From a virus: DNA of 64,000 nt. A program made the translations under genes and the position numbers. Under the pieces are notes generated by a model. The model was not told where the DNA came from. It worked only from the letters and a program-made list of their open reading frames with translations, and did not search any database. This document shows, piece after piece, positions 28,769-38,456 of this stretch. The DNA is taken from the IMG/VR virus record IMGVR_UViG_3300032249_000542, positions 96,001-160,000 of that record; one strand, 5' to 3'. Numbering within the stretch: position 1 is the first letter of the stretch; each line of letters begins with the position of its first letter.

Positions 28769-29839
28769 ATGAAAATTGCGATTCTTGGTGACACGCATCA
28801 CGGTATGCGTGGTGACTCTTTAGACTTTCATAGATACTATGAGAAGTTTTATTCTGAAATATTCTTTCCATACCTCAAAGAGAATGGAATTGATACTGTA
28901 TTTCAATTAGGTGATTTATTTGACCGCAGGAAGTTTATTAACTTCAACTCTCTTTATTTGGTACGTAAGTATTTCTTTGAAGCACTTAGAGAACATAATA
29001 TACAGTTTCATACGTTACTTGGTAATCATGATGTTGCATTTAAAAATACACTAGAGGTAAACTCCTCTCAACTACTATTAAACGAATATGGTAACATTAC
29101 TGTATACGATTCTTTTACTACACTTAACTTTGACGGCATTGATGTTGATGTGGTACCTTGGATATGTGATGATAACCAAGTTGAAATCTTTGATAAAGTA
29201 AAAGAATCAAAATCACAAATTTGTTTCGGTCATTTTGAAATCGCAGGATTCGAAATGGATCGTGGTAATGTTTGTCATGAGGGTATTGACAAATCACAAT
29301 TATCCAAGTATGATGTAGTATTATCTGGTCACTTTCATCACAAATCAGATGATGGACATATCTTTTATGTTGGTACACCTGGAGAGATGACATGGTCCGA
29401 TTATAATGATCCTCGTGGATTCCATATCTTTGATACCTCTACAAGAGAATCTACATTCATTCAAAATCCATACAGTATGTTTTATAAAATAACATACGAT
29501 GATACCAAACAAGATTTTGAATATTGGAAACAACACGACTACACACAATACAAAGAAACCTATATAAAAGTAGTAGTATTAAACAAACAAAATCCATTTA
29601 TGTTTGACACCGTTATTGATAACTTATATAAATGTGGAGTGTCAGACCTTTCAATCGTTGAAGATTTTTCTGAAATAACTTTTGACCAAGATCAAGAAAT
29701 TATAGATCAAGCAGAAGATACTATGACTATTCTTTCTAAGTATATTGATGGGTTAACATTAAATGTTGAATCAGAAAAACTTAAAACACTAATGCGTGAA
29801 CTATATGTTGAAGCATTGAACTTGGAGAAAATAGAATGA
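28769..29839 (+). CDS. gp47: Recombination endonuclease subunit gp47 (Mre11/SbcD-like)
   Basis: GDTH, LGDLFD, GNHD, GHFH metallophosphoesterase motifs; TTGACA-18-TAGAAT at 28733-28762 upstream. Confidence 0.95.
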   Translation: MKIAILGDTHHGMRGDSLDFHRYYEKFYSEIFFPYLKENGIDTVFQLGDLFDRRKFINFNSLYLVRKYFFEALREHNIQFHTLLGNHDVAFKNTLEVNSSQLLLNEYGNITVYDSFTTLNFDGIDVDVVPWICDDNQVEIFDKVKESKSQICFGHFEIAGFEMDRGNVCHEGIDKSQLSKYDVVLSGHFHHKSDDGHIFYVGTPGEMTWSDYNDPRGFHIFDTSTRESTFIQNPYSMFYKITYDDTKQDFEYWKQHDYTQYKETYIKVVVLNKQNPFMFDTVIDNLYKCGVSDLSIVEDFSEITFDQDQEIIDQAEDTMTILSKYIDGLTLNVESEKLKTLMRELYVEALNLEKIE

Positions 29840-30468
29840 GTAGATCGATTTATCTATTCCCTAAAGAAAGAATGGGAGTGACTTATCCTTATGTATTTTG
29901 GGATGGACTTTTTACTGATGAAGAACTTGATAGAGTAAAAGATTATTGTCGTGGTCTTGAATTGGCAACTGGAACTACAGTTGGAAAAGATGGAGAACAG
30001 GATGATAAAAATGAAGCAAGAAAATCTGATATCGCATGGGCTAACCCAGGTGACGATAACATGTGGATATTTGACAGACTTTCATGGGTAACTGAAAAAA
30101 TCAATGATAGATTCTATGAATTTAATCTGAATGGATTTTCTGTTTTTCAATACACAGTTTATGACGGTAAGAAAAAACAAAAGTATGATTATCACATGGA
30201 TACAATCCTAGGTACAGATAAACCGGTTGACATGGCAGAAACAAGAAAGTTGTCTATGTCATTGATACTTTCCGACCCTAAAGATTATGAGGGTGGAGAG
30301 TTTTATATTCAAAGTGGATCACCTGAACAAGAAAAATTATTAAAGATGGAACAACTTAAAGGTCGTGTACTAGCCTTCCCATCATTTATGATTCATGGTG
30401 TTGCACCAGTAACTAAAGGTAAAAGAGAATCTATAGTCGTATGGGTTGAAGGACCTAAGTTTAAATAA
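29836..30468 (+). CDS. 2OG-Fe(II) oxygenase (prolyl-hydroxylase/PKHD-like)
   Basis: YHMD, RKLSMSL, YEGGEF, FPSF..HGVAPVTKGKRESIV. Confidence 0.9.
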   Translation: MSRSIYLFPKERMGVTYPYVFWDGLFTDEELDRVKDYCRGLELATGTTVGKDGEQDDKNEARKSDIAWANPGDDNMWIFDRLSWVTEKINDRFYEFNLNGFSVFQYTVYDGKKKQKYDYHMDTILGTDKPVDMAETRKLSMSLILSDPKDYEGGEFYIQSGSPEQEKLLKMEQLKGRVLAFPSFMIHGVAPVTKGKRESIVVWVEGPKFK

Positions 30469-32174
30469 TGATATTTTTCCGTAATGTACGTTGGAAGAAT
30501 CTTCTTTCAACGGGAAACTATTTCACAGAAATAAAGTTAGATAGTACATCCAATACTTTGATAGTTGGCAATAACGGATCAGGCAAATCAACAATGCTTG
30601 ATGCGTTATGCTTTGCATTGTTTGGTAAAGCATTTCGTAGTATCAATAAACCAAACCTTGTCAATTCTATCAACGGAAAAGATTGTGTGGTTGAAGTTGA
30701 GTTTGATGCTGCAAATAAATCATACAAAGTTGTTCGTGGTATTAAACCCAACGTATTCGAAATCTATCAAGATGGAATACTACTCAATCAAGATTCTGCC
30801 GCAAGAGACTATCAAGAATTTCTAGAGAAGTTCATTCTCAAACTAAACTATAAATCGTTTACACAAATTGTTATTCTTGGTTCTGCATCATTCACACCGT
30901 TCATGCAGTTGTCTGCATCTGACCGTCGTGCAATCATTGAGGATTTGTTAGATATTCAAATATTTTCTTCAATGAATGGTGTTGTTAAAGAAAGAATGTC
31001 TGGTAACAAAGATTTTATTCAATCAACAAAGAATGATCTTGAAGTTACAAAGAAAATCTACGATGTCAAGAAGAAACATCACGATGAACTTCAACAAGAT
31101 AAACAAGCAAAGGTAAACGAATATGAGAGTGAGATACAAAGTTGCAGAGAAACCATTGGCACCCTTTGTGGAGAAATTGACGACTTGGGGAGAACGCAAA
31201 GCACACTTGCCGAAGTCTGCTCGCAAATTCCTGAAAATGAAAAGAAGATTGCTTCGCTTAAAAAAATTGAATCCAAAATTGAAAGCAAGATATCCCAAGT
31301 GGGAACAGATAGAGAATTCTATGAACACAATGCTGATTGCCCAACGTGTAGGCAGGCCATTACCTTGGAGTCTAAGGAACGGCACATGGGCGATCTACTA
31401 TCAAAACAACAGGAACTTGATAGTGGTCTAACAGAACTTCAAGGAAAAATAACAGAGCATGAAACTCTGTTGGCATCTCTGCGTTCCGATGAACAGAAGC
31501 TTCATACTGTACGAATAGAACTTGCTACCAAACAAACTGGCAAAGCCGGACTAGAAGCATCAATTGTAAAATTAGAAAAGAAGATTACAGATTTACAAAA
31601 CACACAACACACACAAGACGGAAGCGAATTAAAAGAACTACAGGACACCTATGAATCTTTACAAGGTCAATTAAAAGAGTTGTTGGATGAGAAGTCTTAT
31701 TATGAAGCTGCCGCAATACTATTAAAAGATTCTGGTATTAAAACCAAAATCATCAAACAATATTTACCAATTATAAACAAGTTGGTAAACAAATACTTGG
31801 CATCATTGGATTTCTTTGTTAATTTTACGCTTGACGAATCGTTCAAGGAAGTGATAAAATCTAGACATAGAGATGATTTTAGTTACCACAATTTCTCGGA
31901 AGGTGAAAAACAACGTATCGATATGGCATTGATGTTGACATGGAGAGCGGTTGCTAAACTAAAGAACTCTGCAAATACTAACCTATTATTATTAGATGAA
32001 GTGTTTGATTCGAGTTTAGATACTGGTGGTACAGAAGAATTGATGAAAATTTTACACATGTTGGATGATGTTAATCTATATGTCATTAGTCATAAAGGTG
32101 ATATTCTACATGATAAGTTTGCCAATGTTATTAAATTTGATAAAGTAAAAAACTTCTCAAGGATGGTGAAATGA
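30468..32174 (+). CDS. gp46: Recombination ATPase gp46 (Rad50/SbcC-like)
   Basis: GNNGSGKST, zinc hook CPTC, FSEGEKQRID, LLDEVFD. Confidence 0.96.
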   Translation: MIFFRNVRWKNLLSTGNYFTEIKLDSTSNTLIVGNNGSGKSTMLDALCFALFGKAFRSINKPNLVNSINGKDCVVEVEFDAANKSYKVVRGIKPNVFEIYQDGILLNQDSAARDYQEFLEKFILKLNYKSFTQIVILGSASFTPFMQLSASDRRAIIEDLLDIQIFSSMNGVVKERMSGNKDFIQSTKNDLEVTKKIYDVKKKHHDELQQDKQAKVNEYESEIQSCRETIGTLCGEIDDLGRTQSTLAEVCSQIPENEKKIASLKKIESKIESKISQVGTDREFYEHNADCPTCRQAITLESKERHMGDLLSKQQELDSGLTELQGKITEHETLLASLRSDEQKLHTVRIELATKQTGKAGLEASIVKLEKKITDLQNTQHTQDGSELKELQDTYESLQGQLKELLDEKSYYEAAAILLKDSGIKTKIIKQYLPIINKLVNKYLASLDFFVNFTLDESFKEVIKSRHRDDFSYHNFSEGEKQRIDMALMLTWRAVAKLKNSANTNLLLLDEVFDSSLDTGGTEELMKILHMLDDVNLYVISHKGDILHDKFANVIKFDKVKNFSRMVK

Positions 32175-32347
32175 TAGAAATAAGTGGACACATGGATAAA
32201 GATCGCAAAGCGATTGTATCTTTGGACGAAGAAACAAGAAAATATATTGTGACATGTACAGATGGTTTTGGTGCAAGATATACCTCAGACTTTTTAACTT
32301 TACATGCAGCAGAGAACTTTGCTGAAGATTGGGTGCTACAGAAATGA
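32171..32347 (+). CDS. Small hypothetical protein (58 aa, not in ORF track)
   Basis: MIEISGHMDKDRKAIV...AAENFAEDWVLQK; overlaps the gp46 stop and def start (ATGA). Confidence 0.7.
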   Translation: MIEISGHMDKDRKAIVSLDEETRKYIVTCTDGFGARYTSDFLTLHAAENFAEDWVLQK

Positions 32348-32958
32348 GTGAAATGATTAGTATTAATACCGAAGAAGGTATTACGTCATCTGTCAAAGAT
32401 ACAGAATTAGATGTACTTCCAGTTTATCCAGATGCATTCCCAATGCTTCAAGAAAAGGTTCCTGAGTATAAAGATGCATTACCTAGTGGAACTATGACTG
32501 TTCTAGTCAAACGATTGAAGATGACAATGAAAGCATACAACGGTTTAGGATTGTCTGCAAATCAATGTGGAGTCTTTGAACGAGTTTTTGTAATGCGTAT
32601 GCAAGATAGAAATGAAATAAAAAATGTTGCATGTATCAATCCAAAAATTATTGATGAATCTGATGAAATCATAAGAGATAAAGAAGGTTGTCTTTCATAC
32701 CCAGGAATGTTTCTTACAGTACCTAGATCACAATGGATTACTGCTTCATGGTATGATGAGAACGGTGAAGGTTATGAAGCAAGACTTGATGGCATACAAG
32801 CAAGAGTATTTGCACATGAACTAGATCATCTAAACGGTGTTAAGATGACTGACTATGTTGGTCCTGTTGCAGTTAAGATGGCAAGAGATAAACAAGCAAA
32901 GTTGATGAAAAAAATTAAGCGACAAATGAAAAACGGAAAACTCCAAAACCCTATATAA
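32344..32958 (+). CDS. def: Peptide deformylase
   Basis: GLGLSANQ, EGCLS and HELDHLNG motifs; ATG at 32344 preferred over the tracked TTG. Confidence 0.93.
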   Translation: MSEMISINTEEGITSSVKDTELDVLPVYPDAFPMLQEKVPEYKDALPSGTMTVLVKRLKMTMKAYNGLGLSANQCGVFERVFVMRMQDRNEIKNVACINPKIIDESDEIIRDKEGCLSYPGMFLTVPRSQWITASWYDENGEGYEARLDGIQARVFAHELDHLNGVKMTDYVGPVAVKMARDKQAKLMKKIKRQMKNGKLQNPI

Positions 32959-32962
32959 TATT

Positions 32963-34144
32963 ATGAAATACAAACCATACACACTTGCAGATATGAATGC
33001 TGCATCTGAACAAAATCTATTTACTGTCATCAGTACCTTTGCAGGTGCAGGTGGATCATCTACTGGATATAAACTTGCCGGTGGTAAAGTGCTTGTGTCT
33101 AACGAATTCGTTGACCATGCATATGAATCATACAAGTTAAATCATCCCGGGACAGTTGTATTGACTGGTGACATTAAAGAGATTGAAGGTTCTCGGTTTT
33201 TAGATGCTGCGAATCTATCTCCAGGTGAATTGGATATCTTTGATGGTTCTCCACCATGTACTCACTTTTCTATGTCAGGCAAACGTGAGAAGTCATGGGA
33301 TAAAGAAAAGAACTATCATGGACATAAACAGTTTCAGATTGAGAAACTAACTTTGGAAATGATTCGTATTGCAAAAGATTTACGACCAAAGACTATTGTT
33401 ATTGAAAATGTGAAAGCATTATCATCAGGTAAGGCAATCAATTATTTAAATTCATTCAAATACGAGTTAGAAAAAATTGGTTATAAGTGTATATCACATA
33501 TTCTAAATGCATCACACTTTGGTGTACCTCAAGGACGTGAAAGAACATTTATCATCGGTGTTCGTAATGATGTTGCAGAGAAACTTGGTATTGAAGATTA
33601 TAATTTATTTCAAACATTGTATCCTGAACCATCAGGAAAGAAGTTGTCACTACTAGGTGCGTTTGATGGATTAGATGATGATCCTAACTATGCAATCGAA
33701 TGTCAGAATGAAAGAGATAAACTTGCAAAAGGAAACATTGTTGTACGTGAAGTATTAAAGAAGATACCACACAATCCACATAGACAAATGCAGTTCTGTA
33801 ACTTTTTAAAAGATGTTGCAAAAGAAAACTCAGACATACCTAAACTTGCAAAGTTTAAAGATAAAGAATCGTACTTCAACTATTTCAGGTGTTCATGGGA
33901 TGTACCATCTCCGACAATTACAGGAAGATGTCACTCTTACTTTCATCCATCTGAGGACAGATGTTTCACTTTGAAAGAATTGATGCGTATCATGAGTTTG
34001 CCTGATGACTTCAAGTTTGCTCCAGGTAGTGAAGAAGCAATGGAAGAACGTATTGGATTAATGGTTGCACCTAAAGTCATGCAAGCTATATCATCTAATC
34101 TTTACAACAAAATACTTAAACCTTATAAAGAGATGCAGCAATGA
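32963..34144 (+). CDS. DNA cytosine-C5 methyltransferase
   Basis: Motif I FAGAGG, IV DGSPPC, VI ENV, VIII PQGRER, IX-X ELMRIMSLPDDF...IGLMV. Confidence 0.92.
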   Translation: MKYKPYTLADMNAASEQNLFTVISTFAGAGGSSTGYKLAGGKVLVSNEFVDHAYESYKLNHPGTVVLTGDIKEIEGSRFLDAANLSPGELDIFDGSPPCTHFSMSGKREKSWDKEKNYHGHKQFQIEKLTLEMIRIAKDLRPKTIVIENVKALSSGKAINYLNSFKYELEKIGYKCISHILNASHFGVPQGRERTFIIGVRNDVAEKLGIEDYNLFQTLYPEPSGKKLSLLGAFDGLDDDPNYAIECQNERDKLAKGNIVVREVLKKIPHNPHRQMQFCNFLKDVAKENSDIPKLAKFKDKESYFNYFRCSWDVPSPTITGRCHSYFHPSEDRCFTLKELMRIMSLPDDFKFAPGSEEAMEERIGLMVAPKVMQAISSNLYNKILKPYKEMQQ

Positions 34145-35064
34145 AAGAGTTTTTTATAGACACCGACCTTGGCTTCGATGAAGCGCAAAAGTTTCATGGT
34201 CGTGTTCCTACAGAAGATGATTATGATTTAGTTGTTGATGCCGATGAAGTTGATGATGACTTTCGTGTATGGGGTCCTGCAAATATGTTCGGCGAAAGAG
34301 AACTACTTGCAGGTGTAGCACGTAAAGTATTTCCAAAAGATGTTTACGATGATTGTGTAAAGACAATGATGGAAATAAATCACACTTCCGATCTACGTAC
34401 TGCACAAGCAGGACCATGGGATCCTGACGAACTACTTAAAAAGTTTGGATGGGTAGAAGGTGAACACTATAAGTTCAAAGGTAAGACAAGAAACGCATTG
34501 ATACGTAAAAAGAAAGATGGTACATGGGATACTGTCGCAAGAGGTAAAGCAATTCATAGTGTTCTACTTGGATACAAGAAGGGTAGATTTACTGGAGAAG
34601 TAGAATTAGATGCATGGTCAAAGAAGAATCCAGAAAAACAAAAAGTATTCTTTGACATGAACTTCTATGCTGCAAAATCATACAACTTCATTGCACCAAA
34701 AGAATATACTAATCAAGTAATGTTTGCAGACAAGTATATTAAAAAAGAAAATAGATTGAATGATACAATCTTTACTACAATGTCAGCAAATAAATATACT
34801 GAGAACGATACATCCATGATGGGTTATCATATCGATGCAGGTGATTTGAACTCAAGTCTAACATGCATATCTGTATTTAAAGTTGGTGATTTCAAAGGTG
34901 CATACTTTATTCTACCACAACATCGTGTAGCAATATCAGTTGGTGATGGTGATGTATTTGTTGGTGACAGTCGTAAACAACATGGTGTAAGCGAACTTGA
35001 AGGACCAGGGACTAGATTATCTTGTGTCTCTTATTGTGATACTAGGATGGCGAATGTTAAATAA
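34141..35064 (+). CDS. TET/JBP-like 2OG-Fe(II) 5-methylpyrimidine dioxygenase
   Basis: FTTMSAN, HxD (YHIDAGD), distal H (QHGVSEL), R (RLSCVSY); directly downstream of the C5-MTase. Confidence 0.8.
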   Translation: MKEFFIDTDLGFDEAQKFHGRVPTEDDYDLVVDADEVDDDFRVWGPANMFGERELLAGVARKVFPKDVYDDCVKTMMEINHTSDLRTAQAGPWDPDELLKKFGWVEGEHYKFKGKTRNALIRKKKDGTWDTVARGKAIHSVLLGYKKGRFTGEVELDAWSKKNPEKQKVFFDMNFYAAKSYNFIAPKEYTNQVMFADKYIKKENRLNDTIFTTMSANKYTENDTSMMGYHIDAGDLNSSLTCISVFKVGDFKGAYFILPQHRVAISVGDGDVFVGDSRKQHGVSELEGPGTRLSCVSYCDTRMANVK

Positions 35065-35854
35065 TTTCTTTATACCAACATATAAAAGACATGATGCACA
35101 AATAACTTTTAGTAATCTACCAAAGTCTTGGCAAGATAGAACATTCTTAGTTGTACAACGTGACGAACGACATTTATATAATGACTATCCGCACATTGTG
35201 TTACCTGATGATATAACTAAGGTGCCAGAGAAACGTGAGTGGATTGCAAAACAAAATCTTGACAAACGATTTGGTGTCTTTGATGATGACTTGAAGTTCT
35301 TTAAAACCAAAATGATTAATGATGATTATGAAAAGTCAAAAATCAAAATGGAAGATAAAGATTTTGATGACCTAGAAGAATTATTGTGTGGTTGGATGGA
35401 TGAAGGTATTGTGTTTTGTGGTATGGATGTAACATCTAACATACCTGATCGTGAAAAAGAATACAAAGAGATTACTAGACAATGGTCTAACTTTTTCTTT
35501 GATGGTCCGAACTTTCCTGCGAATGAATTGGATTGGACTAGTATACGATATGCAGAAGATTTTCATGTTACCCTACAGTTATTTAAGATGGGGTATAAGA
35601 ATCGTCTAAGTAATAGGTATAGAGTTGACCCAGGACCTGTTCAATCAGGCGGTGGATTAACTGATGAAAGAACTATACAAGCACATAATGAATCTATGCA
35701 AAAACTTGCTTTAGCACACCCAGGACTAGTTGCGTTATATGAAAAAGAAACTACCGCTGGTGAGTGGAAAAATACTGCAAAAGTAGCAGCAAATATCTCA
35801 TGGAAGAAAGCATTTAAAGATGCCAATTCGACAACACTAGAAAGTTTCTTTTAA
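35054..35854 (+). CDS. TET-associated GT-A glycosyltransferase
   Basis: FIPTYKR, FDDDL (DxD), AEDFHVTLQL, SGGG; ATG at 35054 overlaps the dioxygenase end. Confidence 0.78.
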   Translation: MLNNFFIPTYKRHDAQITFSNLPKSWQDRTFLVVQRDERHLYNDYPHIVLPDDITKVPEKREWIAKQNLDKRFGVFDDDLKFFKTKMINDDYEKSKIKMEDKDFDDLEELLCGWMDEGIVFCGMDVTSNIPDREKEYKEITRQWSNFFFDGPNFPANELDWTSIRYAEDFHVTLQLFKMGYKNRLSNRYRVDPGPVQSGGGLTDERTIQAHNESMQKLALAHPGLVALYEKETTAGEWKNTAKVAANISWKKAFKDANSTTLESFF

Positions 35855-35863
35855 GACAACTGC

Positions 35864-35892
35864 TTGACATAAAGCGGGTTACCATGTATAAT
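35864..35892 (+). promoter_or_regulatory. Consensus sigma70 early promoter
   Basis: TTGACA-17 nt-TATAAT. Confidence 0.9.
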
Positions 35893-35927
35893 GTAATTTA
35901 AGTTGGTAAATCAAGAAAGGAAACCCA

Positions 35928-36119
35928 ATGTCAATTTGGCAACAAATGTCTAAAGAGGAAGAAATGCATTTTCACACCTCGGTAAATGATGTTATTTCTG
36001 CATTTAAATACCACGGTATGCCAGCCGTACTAGATGAAGTATTCAAGGATGCGGCAATTCGGCAACAATTCTATACATACTTGACAAATACAGCAAAATC
36101 TGTTAATATATCAGTCTAA
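35928..36119 (+). CDS. Small early hypothetical protein
   Basis: 63 aa, AAGG SD, directly behind a consensus promoter. Confidence 0.7.
   Translation: MSIWQQMSKEEEMHFHTSVNDVISAFKYHGMPAVLDEVFKDAAIRQQFYTYLTNTAKSVNISV
36081..36109 (+). promoter_or_regulatory. sigma70 early promoter (extended -10)
   Basis: TTGACA-17 nt-TAATAT with TGn. Confidence 0.7.
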
Positions 36120-36138
36120 ATCAATTTTAGGAACTAAA

Positions 36139-38385
36139 ATGCAGATTACCGCTGAAAGTAAATCACAGCTTGCTAAACTAATGGCAAGCGAAAATCTAAC
36201 GGTGCAACACCGTAAAACCTCAACCGCATATTTTCTACCTAAAGAGCGTGTCCTCGTATGTCCTATCTGGCAAGATATGGCAGGTGACCTTTATGACCTT
36301 TGCATGGGTCATGAGGTTGGTCATGCTTTATATACTCCTGTCGAAGGTTGGCATAATGCTGCTTCGAACAAAGGCAAGAACTATAAGCACTTCCTGAACA
36401 TTGTGGAAGATGCCCGTATCGAGAAAAAAATCAAACGTAAATACCCAGGGTTAACTCGCCAGTTTTCTAGTGCATATAAAAAACTAGTTGACCGTGATTT
36501 CTTTGGTATCGAAAAACGTATAGCACCTTTAACATTTATTGACCGCATCAATCTTGAAACAAAGGTTGGTCAATATATTAATACTGAATTTCAAAACGAA
36601 ATTGAAAAGCAATTACTTGCTGAAGTAAATGCTCTGGAAACATGGGATGATGTTGTTCGTGTTACAGATAAAATCTGGGAATACTCAAAATCCGAACAAC
36701 AAGAATTGATGGAAGAATGGTATAAGAGTAATCCATCATATCCTGTTGGTGATGATGGTGAGGACCTTGATGATGATTCGTCAGAATTTGGTGATGCTGA
36801 TTTTGATTCTGATGAATTCGATGAAGGCGATTTTGCTGAAGGTGGTCAATCCGATAAATCTGAAAACCAAGAAGATGATGATGGTTCTGGTGAGTATGAG
36901 GATATCAAAGATAGTACACCATCTGAATCCGACAAAGGTTTTCAACCTCGTGCTGAAACCGATGAAAATTATCGCCGTAATGAATTAAGTCTTTTGGATG
37001 AATCATCTAAAGAATATGTTTACGTGAGTGTTCCATCAAAAATTAATCTAAATCAAATCATTACACCTGCAAAGCGTGTACATGAATTGATGATGGAATT
37101 CTACACACACTATTATAATGGAAATGTAGAAAGTATAACAAACACATACCTTAACGATTTCAAACAAAAGAATGATCGTTACATATCATTACTTGCAAAA
37201 GAATTTGAAATGCGTAAGGCAGCATCTAAGTTTTCCAAAGCAAAAATATCTGAGACTGGTGATATTGATATTAATAAAATTTACAAGTATCAAATCGATG
37301 ATACCATCTTTAAAAAGATGATGCGAGTACCTAAAGGTAAATCACACGGTCTGGTTTTGTTGTTAGACAAATCTGGTTCTATGTCAGATAATATGGCAGC
37401 ATCGGTTGAACAAATTTTGGTGCTTGCATCATTCTGCCGCAAAGTGAGTATTCCATTTGTAGTCTATGGTTTTGGTAATTCTATGGACGCACGTAAGATA
37501 GATTTTCCTAATGAAAACTGTTATACCAACGAATGGTTACAAAGTCAGTTCAGCCAAAACACCGGAGAAGTTTTTTTGAAACCAGTATTCCTTCGTGAGT
37601 ATCTGAATTCAAACATGGGTGCTGCTGAGTTTCAAAAGTCTTTCAAAAGTCTTTTGTTGTTTAAGAGTTCATTTGTATCTTCAGGTAGATATGGTAGATT
37701 GCCGTATCCTCCAAGTGAATCATTATCTAATACACCTTTGACAGAATCTATTTTTGCATTAAAAGAAGTAATTGTAGAATTCCGTAAAAAGTATAACTTG
37801 GATATTGTGAATACGGTTGTTGTGCATGACGGTGATGCTGATGCAGTTCGTCACCAACATGCAGATGGTAGACACCAAATGATTGCACCAGAGAATACTA
37901 ATTGTTTCTTGGTTGACCGTAAAAACAAATTTCAAGTAAAGATTGATAATTGTCACAACGGTATGCGTGCTGCATCTATGAAATGGTTGACTAAAATAAC
38001 TGGTGCAAAAATTCATGGTTTCTTTATTACAGAATCTAACCTGCGCCAATTACGTTTGTCAATTGAAACTAAGTATGAAACCGACGAACTCAAAGAAATT
38101 TTGAAAATTCAAGATCGTTGGGAACAGAACAGAAAGTTGCAAGAGTATTCTGACAAGTATGCTAAACTTTTGAGAAAGCAAAAATTGTTGGAATGTGAAA
38201 GAGATGGGTATGGTAATTTCTTCCTTATCCCAGGCGGTGATGATTTGAAAGTTGCCGACGAAAGTTTGAATGTAAACGGTAAGATTACAACAAGTAAACT
38301 TACCAACGCATTCATGAAAATGAACAAGTCTCGGAAGATTAATCGGGTACTTGTATCTAAGTTTATTGGTGGGATAGCGGTATAA
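36139..38385 (+). CDS. CobT-like protein: N-terminal HExxH metallopeptidase-like domain, acidic linker, VWA domain
   Basis: HEVGH and NIVEDARIE; D/E-rich linker; MIDAS-like LLDKSGSM, TP, HDGD. Confidence 0.8.
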   Translation: MQITAESKSQLAKLMASENLTVQHRKTSTAYFLPKERVLVCPIWQDMAGDLYDLCMGHEVGHALYTPVEGWHNAASNKGKNYKHFLNIVEDARIEKKIKRKYPGLTRQFSSAYKKLVDRDFFGIEKRIAPLTFIDRINLETKVGQYINTEFQNEIEKQLLAEVNALETWDDVVRVTDKIWEYSKSEQQELMEEWYKSNPSYPVGDDGEDLDDDSSEFGDADFDSDEFDEGDFAEGGQSDKSENQEDDDGSGEYEDIKDSTPSESDKGFQPRAETDENYRRNELSLLDESSKEYVYVSVPSKINLNQIITPAKRVHELMMEFYTHYYNGNVESITNTYLNDFKQKNDRYISLLAKEFEMRKAASKFSKAKISETGDIDINKIYKYQIDDTIFKKMMRVPKGKSHGLVLLLDKSGSMSDNMAASVEQILVLASFCRKVSIPFVVYGFGNSMDARKIDFPNENCYTNEWLQSQFSQNTGEVFLKPVFLREYLNSNMGAAEFQKSFKSLLLFKSSFVSSGRYGRLPYPPSESLSNTPLTESIFALKEVIVEFRKKYNLDIVNTVVVHDGDADAVRHQHADGRHQMIAPENTNCFLVDRKNKFQVKIDNCHNGMRAASMKWLTKITGAKIHGFFITESNLRQLRLSIETKYETDELKEILKIQDRWEQNRKLQEYSDKYAKLLRKQKLLECERDGYGNFFLIPGGDDLKVADESLNVNGKITTSKLTNAFMKMNKSRKINRVLVSKFIGGIAV

Positions 38386-38397
38386 TTCAAATATCGC

Positions 38398-38426
38398 TTG
38401 ACATATATCCCGTATTGTGTTATTAT
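38398..38426 (+). promoter_or_regulatory. sigma70 early promoter (extended -10)
   Basis: TTGACA-17 nt-TATTAT with TGn. Confidence 0.75.
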
Positions 38427-38456
38427 AGTTGTTCATTGTGATTAGGAGTTTATATT

